IMG/VR virus record: IMGVR_UViG_2510065010_000001
Location: 1 to 64,000 of that record
Reading direction: 5' to 3' (one strand)
DNA from: a virus
Lineage: Duplodnaviria; Caudoviricetes
Length of the DNA stretch: 64,000 nt
The notes below the pieces were generated by a model. The model was not told where the DNA came from. It did no database searches and saw only the letters and a program-made list of their open reading frames with translations. How positions within the stretch are numbered: position 1 is the stretch's first letter; every line of letters starts with the position of its first letter. A program made the position numbers and the translations under genes. Shown piece after piece: positions 51,281 to 59,589 of the stretch.

Positions 51281-51964
51281 TTACACATCAACAAAAAGAA
51301 AAATTACTTCTTGACTACCTAGAACTAATTTTTCTTCACTTTTTAACTGTCTATCTGACCTTACGACAAATGTGACTTTGTTGGTCATCAATCCTACAAA
51401 CTTCTTCAAGACCTGTTGAAAGGTAGACTCTTCGTTGAGGATGAAGTAATAATTGTCATCTACCTCCCAGGAGTTGTCCGTGTTATTAATAGCACTTTGT
51501 ACAAAACCCGGCAGGTTATTACTTAAACTTAGTCTACTCTTTACAAACTCTGTGTTTAATAGATTTTTGTAATTTTCTGGTATATCTATATTAACTATAG
51601 GACTAAGACTTTTGACGAATTCTGCAAGTTTTAGGTCCGTAGGGTCTGGTTTTACTACAAGTTCTTCTAGTGTTACTTTCGATTTTTCATACAAATATTC
51701 GTATAGTGTTTTTCCGGTAAGTTCATTTGGATGATTTTTGAACCTAAACACTTCCTGCTCTTTTGCATCTATTAAATCGTTGTGGCATGACCAACACACT
51801 TTTTTTACTATATCTTTAACCCAGACTTTCCACTCGTCAGGTTCGTCACCTCTAAACTGTAGAAAATCACGAACCCAAAAAGCTTTCTCAAGCTCATAGC
51901 TCCAGAAGTAAGGTATTTCCATATTTTTTCTCATAGTATAAAGGTTGAGCATAGTATAGCTCAA
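51281..51964 (-). CDS. Cytoplasmic hypothetical protein (partner 4)
   Basis: Downstream of paralog 4; W..W...IV...C motif shared with partner 2. Confidence 0.65.
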   Translation of the reverse strand: MSYTMLNLYTMRKNMEIPYFWSYELEKAFWVRDFLQFRGDEPDEWKVWVKDIVKKVCWSCHNDLIDAKEQEVFRFKNHPNELTGKTLYEYLYEKSKVTLEELVVKPDPTDLKLAEFVKSLSPIVNIDIPENYKNLLNTEFVKSRLSLSNNLPGFVQSAINNTDNSWEVDDNYYFILNEESTFQQVLKKFVGLMTNKVTFVVRSDRQLKSEEKLVLGSQEVIFLFVDV

Positions 51965-52044
51965 CCTTTAATTCGTTTAATAAGTTTTAGACTTAATGGT
52001 TAAGATGATTCTGAGTTTGGGACTTCACACTTGTCTTTAGACCA

Positions 52045-52761
52045 TCAGAAACTTAGCTGACGTTGTTGAATTGATGAGATAACAAAGTCTATCAGCACTT
52101 TAATAATCCCAGTAAGTGCACTTAATCCTGCACCAACAAGGGTTCCAGCTCCACCAACTTTAATTGCTAAATCTGCCATTCCGATTGCCATCTGTCTAAT
52201 GAAACCTTTAAGCGTTGCATCTATCGACAGGGCATTCAAACCATCTAGAAAGTCGATGTAGCTAGCACACGTTACACTTGGGCTAAGGTCACCACTGAAA
52301 CTCTCGACAATTTTTGACCGATTAAGAGCATTGTTGTTGTTGAAGTAGTCTAGCCTAGCACTTAGAACTGCTGGTATCTCTTGCAATCCAGACACTTGTG
52401 TGAAGAAAGTTGCTACTGCGATTTTTCCTTGTTTAATTGTTGCTGCGTATGGATTTCTTGTTGTTACTCCTTCACGATTTCCTCCAGCCTTACTGTTAAA
52501 AGTTTGTGCTCTTACAATTATTCTGTACAACCCTGTGTATCTCTCTAAAGCTTTTACTTCACTTGACTTTACTGGGACTAATCCAGATATTGCAAACGCC
52601 CAATTAGACTTTGGGATTACGAAGCATCCGAATGCACCATACAGTTGATTATCCTGAGTTCTTACGGCTATAACGTTATTAGCTAAAGCATTGACAGGAT
52701 TAGTAATTACAATCAATCCTGTTAACACCACGCACAGCAGCACTTTAAGGACTTTATTCAT
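52045..52761 (-). CDS. Secreted two-Cys family protein, paralog 4, with a hydrophobic Gly-rich C-terminus
   Basis: Signal peptide; GAFGCFVIPKSN and DLSPSVTC. Confidence 0.75.
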   Translation of the reverse strand: MNKVLKVLLCVVLTGLIVITNPVNALANNVIAVRTQDNQLYGAFGCFVIPKSNWAFAISGLVPVKSSEVKALERYTGLYRIIVRAQTFNSKAGGNREGVTTRNPYAATIKQGKIAVATFFTQVSGLQEIPAVLSARLDYFNNNNALNRSKIVESFSGDLSPSVTCASYIDFLDGLNALSIDATLKGFIRQMAIGMADLAIKVGGAGTLVGAGLSALTGIIKVLIDFVISSIQQRQLSF

Positions 52762-52878
52762 TTTTTTAGTAAACTCTTCTTTTCTCTTTTAAGCTTTTAT
52801 TGCTCTTATTATGTACTCATAAAAATGATTGGAGATAAGTATTTTTATCGATCGCTCGTAAAACCCCTGTGCCTAGCT

Positions 52879-52913
52879 ACAAGCCCCGTCCCCTTGTGGG
52901 CGGGGTAATTGAC
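52879..52913 (-). mobile_element. Isolated IS200/IS605 (IscB-type) end hairpin remnant
   Basis: GTCAATTACCCCGCCCACAAGGGGACGGGGCTTGT on the minus strand. Confidence 0.6.
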
Positions 52914-52991
52914 TTAACTTGCTGCTGTGGTTAATAAAAAGGGAGGTTTACCTCCCCTTTCTGTAATTTACCGAAACCATTCAATTTCAGC

Positions 52992-54122
52992 TTACAACAC
53001 GCCACCTAAGAACAACAGGCTGCGTACAGTACCAGGCGCACCCACTGATTTAATAACAAAGTGAGTCACCAGTCCGGTAAGAATTAGCACGGCACCAGGG
53101 ATTACTCCAGCACCGAGGATAACCGTTAGTGTGGCAATTGCCAGTGCAATAAAGTGAGCACCAGATTGCAGCCCTATCACTTTGTAGTTGTTGTAAACGT
53201 AAGGTAGGAGGATTCTTGAAACGATTGCTCCCACGAGAAGTAGTGCGATCGCTTCAAACCCAACACCTAGCGGCAACTCCATCGCCAACACAGATTTACC
53301 CGTTGCGATGCCCTGAATAGTTGCAATCAAACCGAATGCTTCGATTGCTTGTTCGGCAGCAGCGCTTGTTAATTGGGTTCCGGCATTAGTCTTACGACTG
53401 GTTGCTTGGGTTATTAAGTTAGGTGAGATACCAGGCGTTGCCATTGCAAGGATGGTACCAATTGATAACTTAATAAAGTCGGGAAGCCAGATGGTTTTGA
53501 TTACGCCTTCAAACTGAAGGCGGGGGTCAGGCTGACCGGGTTCTGTTTTCTTAGGACGCATTGCATCAATGCAACCTGGAATTAAAAAGACTGCTGCTCC
53601 TAACACGTAAATTGGGTTAGAGATATTTAGCATTGGTGCCAGGGCAAAGAATGCTTGAGAGAAGAACAGATAACCCAGAATTACCCACCAATGTTGTTTG
53701 AAACTACCCCACAGCAATGCAGTTATTAACACTGCAACAACTGGAGTGATAGGTAGGGTTGTGAATGGGATAACAATTCCGCCGAGCCAGGTTGCTGCAA
53801 AGATGCCTAGAGCACTACCGATTACTTTTGCCCAGTAGGATGATTCGGTCATCTGTTTGGGGTCAATTTGGTGTTGCTCTTCTTGAGCGCCGCTAGCAAC
53901 GTTTACGTTACCGCTGGCATTAGGTGTAAGTGCTTCTTTGGCACTACCTAAAATATTTGAAACTGTATAGGCAGTGATAGTAGCAGCGATTGCTGCATCT
54001 GGTCCAAGTAGACCAAGGACTGAGGCACCTGCAACTGCATGTTGAGGTCCGAGTCCGGGAATTAAGGCAGTCCCTACTCCAATGAGGGTACCACCGATCG
54101 CTCCTGCAATTAGTCCGATCAT
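52992..54122 (-). CDS. Polytopic membrane protein, TctA/DUF112-like
   Basis: G..IG...ALIPGLG N-terminal motif with internal IPG/TPG repeats; about 10 TM segments. Confidence 0.6.
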   Translation of the reverse strand: MIGLIAGAIGGTLIGVGTALIPGLGPQHAVAGASVLGLLGPDAAIAATITAYTVSNILGSAKEALTPNASGNVNVASGAQEEQHQIDPKQMTESSYWAKVIGSALGIFAATWLGGIVIPFTTLPITPVVAVLITALLWGSFKQHWWVILGYLFFSQAFFALAPMLNISNPIYVLGAAVFLIPGCIDAMRPKKTEPGQPDPRLQFEGVIKTIWLPDFIKLSIGTILAMATPGISPNLITQATSRKTNAGTQLTSAAAEQAIEAFGLIATIQGIATGKSVLAMELPLGVGFEAIALLLVGAIVSRILLPYVYNNYKVIGLQSGAHFIALAIATLTVILGAGVIPGAVLILTGLVTHFVIKSVGAPGTVRSLLFLGGVL

Positions 54123-54194
54123 GTCGTTACCCTCCTTGGGTAAGTCTTTATGGTTGTAGTTGAAAACTTGAACAGTTCGAGAACTTAAAACAAA

Positions 54195-54221
54195 AAATCC
54201 CGCCGGGTGATGGCGGGATTT
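54195..54221 (-). terminator. Rho-independent terminator after nblA
   Basis: AAATCCCGCC/GGCGGGATTT stem with a T-run on the minus strand. Confidence 0.75.
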
Positions 54222-54247
54222 AGCAGTTCGGACGTGATGAAACGTGT

Positions 54248-54550
54248 CTACAGCTTATCACTTACTTGTTCTTTTAGAAATGGGCTTCCAGAGAGCAACA
54301 TGCTGCTAATAATGTTCTGTCGTGCCATGCACAGAATTAATGTGTCTTGCAGTAAACCGACCAGCTGCTCTTTGCTGGCATTGCGAAACTGACGGCACAT
54401 GTTTAGATAATGGAATTGTTGCTCCATTGATAGATCTTTAGCCTTTTCAGCTAGTTCTCTATCAGTGTATCCGCCGCAAGAGTCTCCTCTCATTTCGTTA
54501 AGGTCAGGTTGGTTGGGTTGATCATGGTCGTCTGGATAAAGAATGGTCAT
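54248..54550 (-). CDS. nblA: NblA-like phycobilisome degradation adaptor with N-terminal extension
   Basis: LSMEQQF...FRNASKEQL...L....MARQNI matches the NblA consensus. Confidence 0.75.
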   Translation of the reverse strand: MTILYPDDHDQPNQPDLNEMRGDSCGGYTDRELAEKAKDLSMEQQFHYLNMCRQFRNASKEQLVGLLQDTLILCMARQNIISSMLLSGSPFLKEQVSDKL

Positions 54551-54736
54551 GGTTTTTTTCCTGCGTAATAGAAGAAGTTTGGTCTAAGTGTAACGGGAAA
54601 TCGGAGTAAACCGGAATTCCACTTTTATACTCTCTCCTCTGTAAGCCATCAAACCAGCACCTAGAGACTTGCTCACACTGATTTGAGGTAAAGGGTAGGA
54701 AAGAACTAGGGAGTTACACTGCCCTTGTGATAAGGT

Positions 54737-56134
54737 TCAAGTAGGTCGCGCTACTGGTCGTATAGAACCTTCATCACACCACCCTGTTACTAGGAGTGGC
54801 TTTGAATAGTAACGCTGGCAGAATTTGAGCGCAATATTGCGACACGCATTCAAGCCAGCGTTAATGATTTTTCCAGATCGGGAAACTGCCAAGGAGCCAG
54901 GATGATAACCTTCCGCTTGCCGGAAGTAATCCCAGTTCTCCTCGTCAAAAACCAGCCATTGAGCTTGCCACATCGCACTGACCCGCATTACAGGTTCACC
55001 GCTTATCGCCTCGGTGTTCGATGTGTTTCGAGGGTTGACCCTGGCAGTTAGAATGTTGTGGTCCTGTCGCGCAATCCGGGCTACTTGCTGCCACACTGCC
55101 GACTTCAGCCAGTAAGCTCGTTTTTGGTTTGAACGTCTGGAGTACTTCCCTTTCTGGGGTCGCAACCTAGTCAGGTGTTCAAACACAATGACAGCGCATC
55201 CATGACGAGCGGCAAACTCAGTAATTTGCCGAGCCTGCTTTCTGGCTTGGTCTTGCTCGGTATTACGAACTTTCTGCCAACGGGTTGAGGCAAACCCTTC
55301 GCCAATGATCCCAGTCCGATTCATCGATTGGGCAATCTTGCCGATTCGTGACTTCCTAAGTGTTGTATGGCATTTGTGACCGGATGTTATCATCCGGGCG
55401 ACTTCACGTAATTTGCCATTCACTTCCACGTCGTAGACTGCACATTTGGTGAGTTCCCCATCCAGGTCAAGATCAACCGAGCAGATCCGGCTTCCATCCT
55501 GCATCACCTTGTTTAATCCACCAGTGGCAAGCTGGTAACGTTCCACGACCCAACTTAGCCATGCTGAGCCATTTGCCCTGGTGACCAGGGTGGGGGTAGA
55601 AAGCGTCCATCCCTCTGGGTGCTGGGGAGATTGATAGGTGAATTTAACCCATTTCCAGACTCCTTTAACGACAATCTTCAAGACTATGGACCGCCCGTCA
55701 TCCTCTTTGAACATCCCTGCGTATAGCGTGGCATTGAGGCGTAATTCAGTGGGCAAGGTGGGAGGACGATGCTTCTTGGACGACTTACCCCTCCTGGCTA
55801 ACCGCTTCGCTTCTCGCGCCTGCCAGTTCTGATAACTAGAGCGCCAGGATTTATAGATGCCAATCGCCTTCGCTAAGGCTGCACGTCGGAATAGCTGTGG
55901 GCAGTCAAACGGGAATGTTTGGGCTGCCTCTGGGCTGAAGAATCGCGGTTCATAGTAACGCTTGAAGTCAGCCACATCTACGCCACCTGGGTCCTCTGCA
56001 ATAATCAGCAACCAGAATAAAGCAATATCACTGAACAGTTGATTGGTTTCGGTTAAATCAAATCCATCACGCAGCAACTTGGTTTGCAGCGTTTTAGTTT
56101 CAATTCGATAGCCTTTCTTTTTGCTCAGTGGCAT
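54737..56134 (-). CDS. tnpB: TnpB-like protein lacking the RuvC-III Asp and the Zn finger
   Basis: FRRAA, SVDLD, VFEHL and RVNPRNTS present; NAGLNA replaces NAD.NA. Confidence 0.8.
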   Translation of the reverse strand: MPLSKKKGYRIETKTLQTKLLRDGFDLTETNQLFSDIALFWLLIIAEDPGGVDVADFKRYYEPRFFSPEAAQTFPFDCPQLFRRAALAKAIGIYKSWRSSYQNWQAREAKRLARRGKSSKKHRPPTLPTELRLNATLYAGMFKEDDGRSIVLKIVVKGVWKWVKFTYQSPQHPEGWTLSTPTLVTRANGSAWLSWVVERYQLATGGLNKVMQDGSRICSVDLDLDGELTKCAVYDVEVNGKLREVARMITSGHKCHTTLRKSRIGKIAQSMNRTGIIGEGFASTRWQKVRNTEQDQARKQARQITEFAARHGCAVIVFEHLTRLRPQKGKYSRRSNQKRAYWLKSAVWQQVARIARQDHNILTARVNPRNTSNTEAISGEPVMRVSAMWQAQWLVFDEENWDYFRQAEGYHPGSLAVSRSGKIINAGLNACRNIALKFCQRYYSKPLLVTGWCDEGSIRPVARPT

Positions 56135-56193
56135 TGTTCTACTTGTTGTACTTCAGGGTCGTTTTGGATTTCTTTTTTGTACCTTCTTAGGAA
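56125..56193 (-). pseudogene. 3' tail of an IS607-type serine recombinase tnpA
   Basis: LRRYKKEIQND resembles the IS607 TnpA C-terminus LRKYKK.I.ED; overlaps the tnpB start. Confidence 0.5.
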
Positions 56194-56440
56194 CTGACAT
56201 CCTCCCGACGCTGATGCTTCGCATACAGCGCGGGGTTCCTCCTTCATCCAGCCGACTTGTCCAAACCAATTGCTTGATTCAGATAGAGGTCGTTCTGTCC
56301 AGAGGCGTTCATTCCGGTATGCCCTACCGTACTCAAACCAGCCAGCCTCAATCCCTTCTCCAGGATGTTCCACGCTGCATTTTTATCTCTGCATCGAACA
56401 GAGCCGCAGTGAGGACATACATGGGTGCGAGTGCTGACTG
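56194..56440 (-). mobile_element. IS605 3' stub: TnpB Zn-finger tail, omega-RNA region and right end
   Basis: CPHCG..RDKNAA; end CAGCGTCGGGAGGATGTCA similar to the end at 27984. Confidence 0.75.
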
Positions 56441-56572
56441 GATACCCGTTTAGTTTTAAGTAACAGGACCACCAGATGGCGTTTTCTTTGACTATCCACC
56501 ACCCTAACTGGATGGTCTTGAATACTTTGTACAACTGATACATTACGGTTTACATGGGAGATTAATAGGTTT

Positions 56573-57313
56573 TTAGCACAATTGGCTTATAGAGACATCC
56601 GTGTTGAATCGTGATACGTATTTCTTTGGAGGAGTTCTACTGCAGTTGCATCTTTTGCATAGAATTCTCAGCGTTGCGTTCTTTTTGTGGAATCTTCTCC
56701 ATGTTGCTTTGAACTTATTATCCTCCTTCTTAAATATTCGGAAGTGGTATACAGGGTCGTCATCAAACTCCATTGGGACGCTAGTTACAGTCTCCTCGAA
56801 TTTTTCCACTAAGGTTATTAATGGTTCTATATGGTCAACTTCAGGACGATCTAAGCTTCCACACAGCTCACATACAAGTGGGTTATCGCTTTTGAACTTA
56901 AGGATTTGGTCATCAACTGAATTTCTGTACGCTTCTAACCTACTGTTATCTGGCGTGTCTTTTTCAGGAGATATGCACACTTCATAACTGAAGTCTACAG
57001 AAGACCCATCTAGACGCTGCACGTAAAAACAATAACAGTTAGACTTATTAACCCCTTGTTGATTTTGTGTCCGTTTCACAAATATAGCTTTCACACCATT
57101 TCCGATCTTTTCATTTGCTTGAGGGTGGCGATCAAGCAATGCTCTGATGATCTCGAACTCCCGACCTCTCAGTTGTTTATTAATGTTCTTCTTTAGCAGG
57201 AACTTTATATTTCTAGTCGCCTCAGCCTTTGTTTCATACTTGACTATGCCAAGGTCTACAGGTTTAGCGTGTTTTGGTGGTTTTCGCTTTTGTTTTTGGT
57301 GTTCTAGCAACAT
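56573..57313 (-). CDS. DCL/DUF3223 + HNH domain protein
   Basis: RHP....KIG.G...CFYV.R.DG...DFSY..C; CELC..VDH..LCKRCN. Confidence 0.8.
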   Translation of the reverse strand: MLLEHQKQKRKPPKHAKPVDLGIVKYETKAEATRNIKFLLKKNINKQLRGREFEIIRALLDRHPQANEKIGNGVKAIFVKRTQNQQGVNKSNCYCFYVQRLDGSSVDFSYEVCISPEKDTPDNSRLEAYRNSVDDQILKFKSDNPLVCELCGSLDRPEVDHIEPLITLVEKFEETVTSVPMEFDDDPVYHFRIFKKEDNKFKATWRRFHKKNATLRILCKRCNCSRTPPKKYVSRFNTDVSISQLC

Positions 57314-57490
57314 GCGTTTGCTCTATTAATATCAAAAGAACTCCAGCATAAGCTAGAGTTCCGAGTTAAAGTAAAGGTGGTAACTAACACAACGCTTCTG
57401 CTGGGTGCCAACCGCTGAAGCATTCCCCCTTTTACAAGTGCTAATGAAAGCTTACCTGTTAAAAGAGTGTCAAAGACTGCTTGGAGCTTT

Positions 57491-57574
57491 TAGCTATCAA
57501 GGGGCTTCTAGATTGGTAGAAGTTTGTAGCTATCAAGGGGCTTCTAGATTGGTAGAAGTTTGTAGCTATCAAGG
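57491..57574 (+). repeat. 36-bp direct repeat, 2.3 copies, just upstream of rep
   Basis: TAGCTATCAAGGGGCTTCTAGATTGGTAGAAGTTTG in tandem with no spacers. Confidence 0.95.
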
Positions 57575-57589
57575 AGTCTCGACATTCTT

Positions 57590-59458
57590 ATGGTAGCAGT
57601 TGTTCAGTTAAAACACCCACTCTTTGCAGATAAACCTGAAAAAGTATCAAGGGCGATCGCTTCACTAAATGCCTGTAGTGGTTCATCTGATACTCTTAGA
57701 ATTCTTCAAAAACCCACTCAAACCTGCGCCAGCCAAGCATTCCAACTCTTACGTTCTTCTGACCACTCTTCCCACTCTTCCCACTCTTCCCACTCTTCCC
57801 ACTCTTCCCACTCTTCCCACTCTTACAACGCATTCCAACTCTTACGTTCTTCTGACCACTCTTCCCACTCTTACAACGCATTCCAACTTTTACGTTCTTT
57901 AGACCACTCATTCCACTTAAGTTATTCCAACGATCCTAACTGCTCTAGCTATACATCCCAACTCTTACATTTTTCTAACCACTCAAATCACTCAGCCTGT
58001 TCTAGCTGTTCTAACCGATTTAGTTGTTCTAGCCACTCATTTCAGCTTTTACATGTTTCTAAAGCTTCAAGCTGGTCTACTTGTGTAAGAGATTCTAATG
58101 GGTTTAATCCATCTTACGTTTCTAACCCTAGTCAGGTTAGTTCTAGTGGCTCTGATGATCTTTCGTTTGTATCAAGTAGGAGTGGTCAGAGAGTATCTAG
58201 GTGGTTAGGCAAGTTATTAGGGTATTTATCAGACAGCGATGCCGGGGCGAGTGGGAATAGAGATCAGTTTAATAGTTCTAATAAGGTTATTGGTAGCAGT
58301 TGCGAGTCAGCTGGGCGGCAGTTAGTTGGCAAACGTTTGTCTTTGGTTGATAACAGCATTGGGTTAGGTGTTATCAGTAGCAAGACTGGGGCGGCTGGCA
58401 GTTACGCCTCTAATAAGGTATCGTCTAGTTCACGTAGAGAGCGTTCTGTTCGTGGGTTATCCCGCAGTGGTTCAAAAACTATCCGGCGTGGGATTTTAGA
58501 GTTAGCCTCACGAAGTCAGTCAGCTGGTGGGTTAATGGAGTTTATTACTTTGACAGTACCTACCAGGCGAGCTGGTGGGGATTTGTCATCTATGGATTTC
58601 AGCGCACTCAACAATAACTTTGCCTCTATAGCCACAGAGATACGTAAGGGGTTAGAGAATGTTAATAAATCTGCAGGTAAGGCTGGTGTGCCGACCGTTT
58701 CAGTCACGTCAGAAGTTTTTCTGGTTAAGGAATTACAGGTTAGCCGTTCTCTTTTTAATCATGTTCCCGTACCACATTTGCACATTGTTTGTAGGGTTGC
58801 TGGGAGTGCTGACAGTGGTGGGATGAATAAACACGAGCGCGACGTGTGGCGTGAGATTATCACTAACTTGTGGAAGAAAGCCTTATTAAAGCGATTTACT
58901 AATAAATGGAATTATTACAACTGGGCGGCGTGTTCGTCTTCTCAGCCTGTTCGTAACGTAAAAGCCACAGCACGGTATCTTGCTAAATGGGAGAGTAAAG
59001 GTAGCAATGATATTGAGAACTTGAAGGATTCGGGTATTGACGTTACTTCTCTAGCTGGGCGTTGGTATTACTGCTCTAACCGTCTTCGGAAGGTGCTAGA
59101 AGACCAGACAGTCGTTTTAACGGATCAGCAACAGGAGCGTTTACAGGAGTGGGTTCAAACTAGAGATCGTAGGTATATCCGCCACGCTCATTTTGTGAAA
59201 CCACATCAGCATTGTGGGTCTATTGGAGCTTCTGTCCAGTTGACAGATGAAGGTATTGCTGAATTGTTGTTGGAGTCGGAAGAAGTTAAGCAAGCGTCTG
59301 TTTTACCATCTACGAACTTTATTTACAAGATTGCTCTTTTCTTGTGTCTTTTTTGCCCGATGTCTGCTTTCGCTTGTTGTGTCGTCACACTGCACTACTT
59401 TGACTATTTCTTATTAAGTGCCGAACGTGGTCCTCCTCCTCCTCCTGCGAAAACCTAA
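57590..59458 (+). CDS. HUH rolling-circle replication initiator with a long low-complexity N-terminus
   Basis: Motif I FITLTVP, ELQ..R, motif II PHLHIV, motif III YLAKWESK. Confidence 0.8.
   Translation: MVAVVQLKHPLFADKPEKVSRAIASLNACSGSSDTLRILQKPTQTCASQAFQLLRSSDHSSHSSHSSHSSHSSHSSHSYNAFQLLRSSDHSSHSYNAFQLLRSLDHSFHLSYSNDPNCSSYTSQLLHFSNHSNHSACSSCSNRFSCSSHSFQLLHVSKASSWSTCVRDSNGFNPSYVSNPSQVSSSGSDDLSFVSSRSGQRVSRWLGKLLGYLSDSDAGASGNRDQFNSSNKVIGSSCESAGRQLVGKRLSLVDNSIGLGVISSKTGAAGSYASNKVSSSSRRERSVRGLSRSGSKTIRRGILELASRSQSAGGLMEFITLTVPTRRAGGDLSSMDFSALNNNFASIATEIRKGLENVNKSAGKAGVPTVSVTSEVFLVKELQVSRSLFNHVPVPHLHIVCRVAGSADSGGMNKHERDVWREIITNLWKKALLKRFTNKWNYYNWAACSSSQPVRNVKATARYLAKWESKGSNDIENLKDSGIDVTSLAGRWYYCSNRLRKVLEDQTVVLTDQQQERLQEWVQTRDRRYIRHAHFVKPHQHCGSIGASVQLTDEGIAELLLESEEVKQASVLPSTNFIYKIALFLCLFCPMSAFACCVVTLHYFDYFLLSAERGPPPPPAKT
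57737..57915 (+). repeat. Nested repeats: CCACTCTTC x6-7 within a ~48-bp unit x3
   Basis: Read directly from the sequence; encodes SHS and AFQLLRSSDH. Confidence 0.9.
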
Positions 59459-59475
59459 CCCTTACCTAACCCTTG

Positions 59476-59519
59476 CCGATCTCAAGCATAAGTACTAGCG
59501 TACTTATGCTTGAGATCGG
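59476..59519. other. Perfect 20-bp-stem hairpin with TAGC loop; candidate double-strand origin
   Basis: CCGATCTCAAGCATAAGTAC-tagc-GTACTTATGCTTGAGATCGG; no T-tail; 17 nt after the rep stop. Confidence 0.5.
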
Positions 59520-59589
59520 GGCGCGATTGCGTTTCAGCCCCCTCTCGCTCCTTTCGTGCCTCTTTTCGCCTCTTCTGCGTCTTCCAACC

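Noticed and set aside
27960-56200. TnpB guides targeting other sites within the window
   Set aside because: I found no second match by eye for the flank-derived guides; a computational search is needed to exclude partial matches.
56125-56543. ORFs 56125-56373 and 56244-56543 as intact genes
   Set aside because: They are chimeric read-throughs of the TnpB tail, IS end and tnpA tail.
57491-57574. 36-bp repeats as a CRISPR array
   Set aside because: The units are head-to-tail with no spacers, and no cas genes are present.
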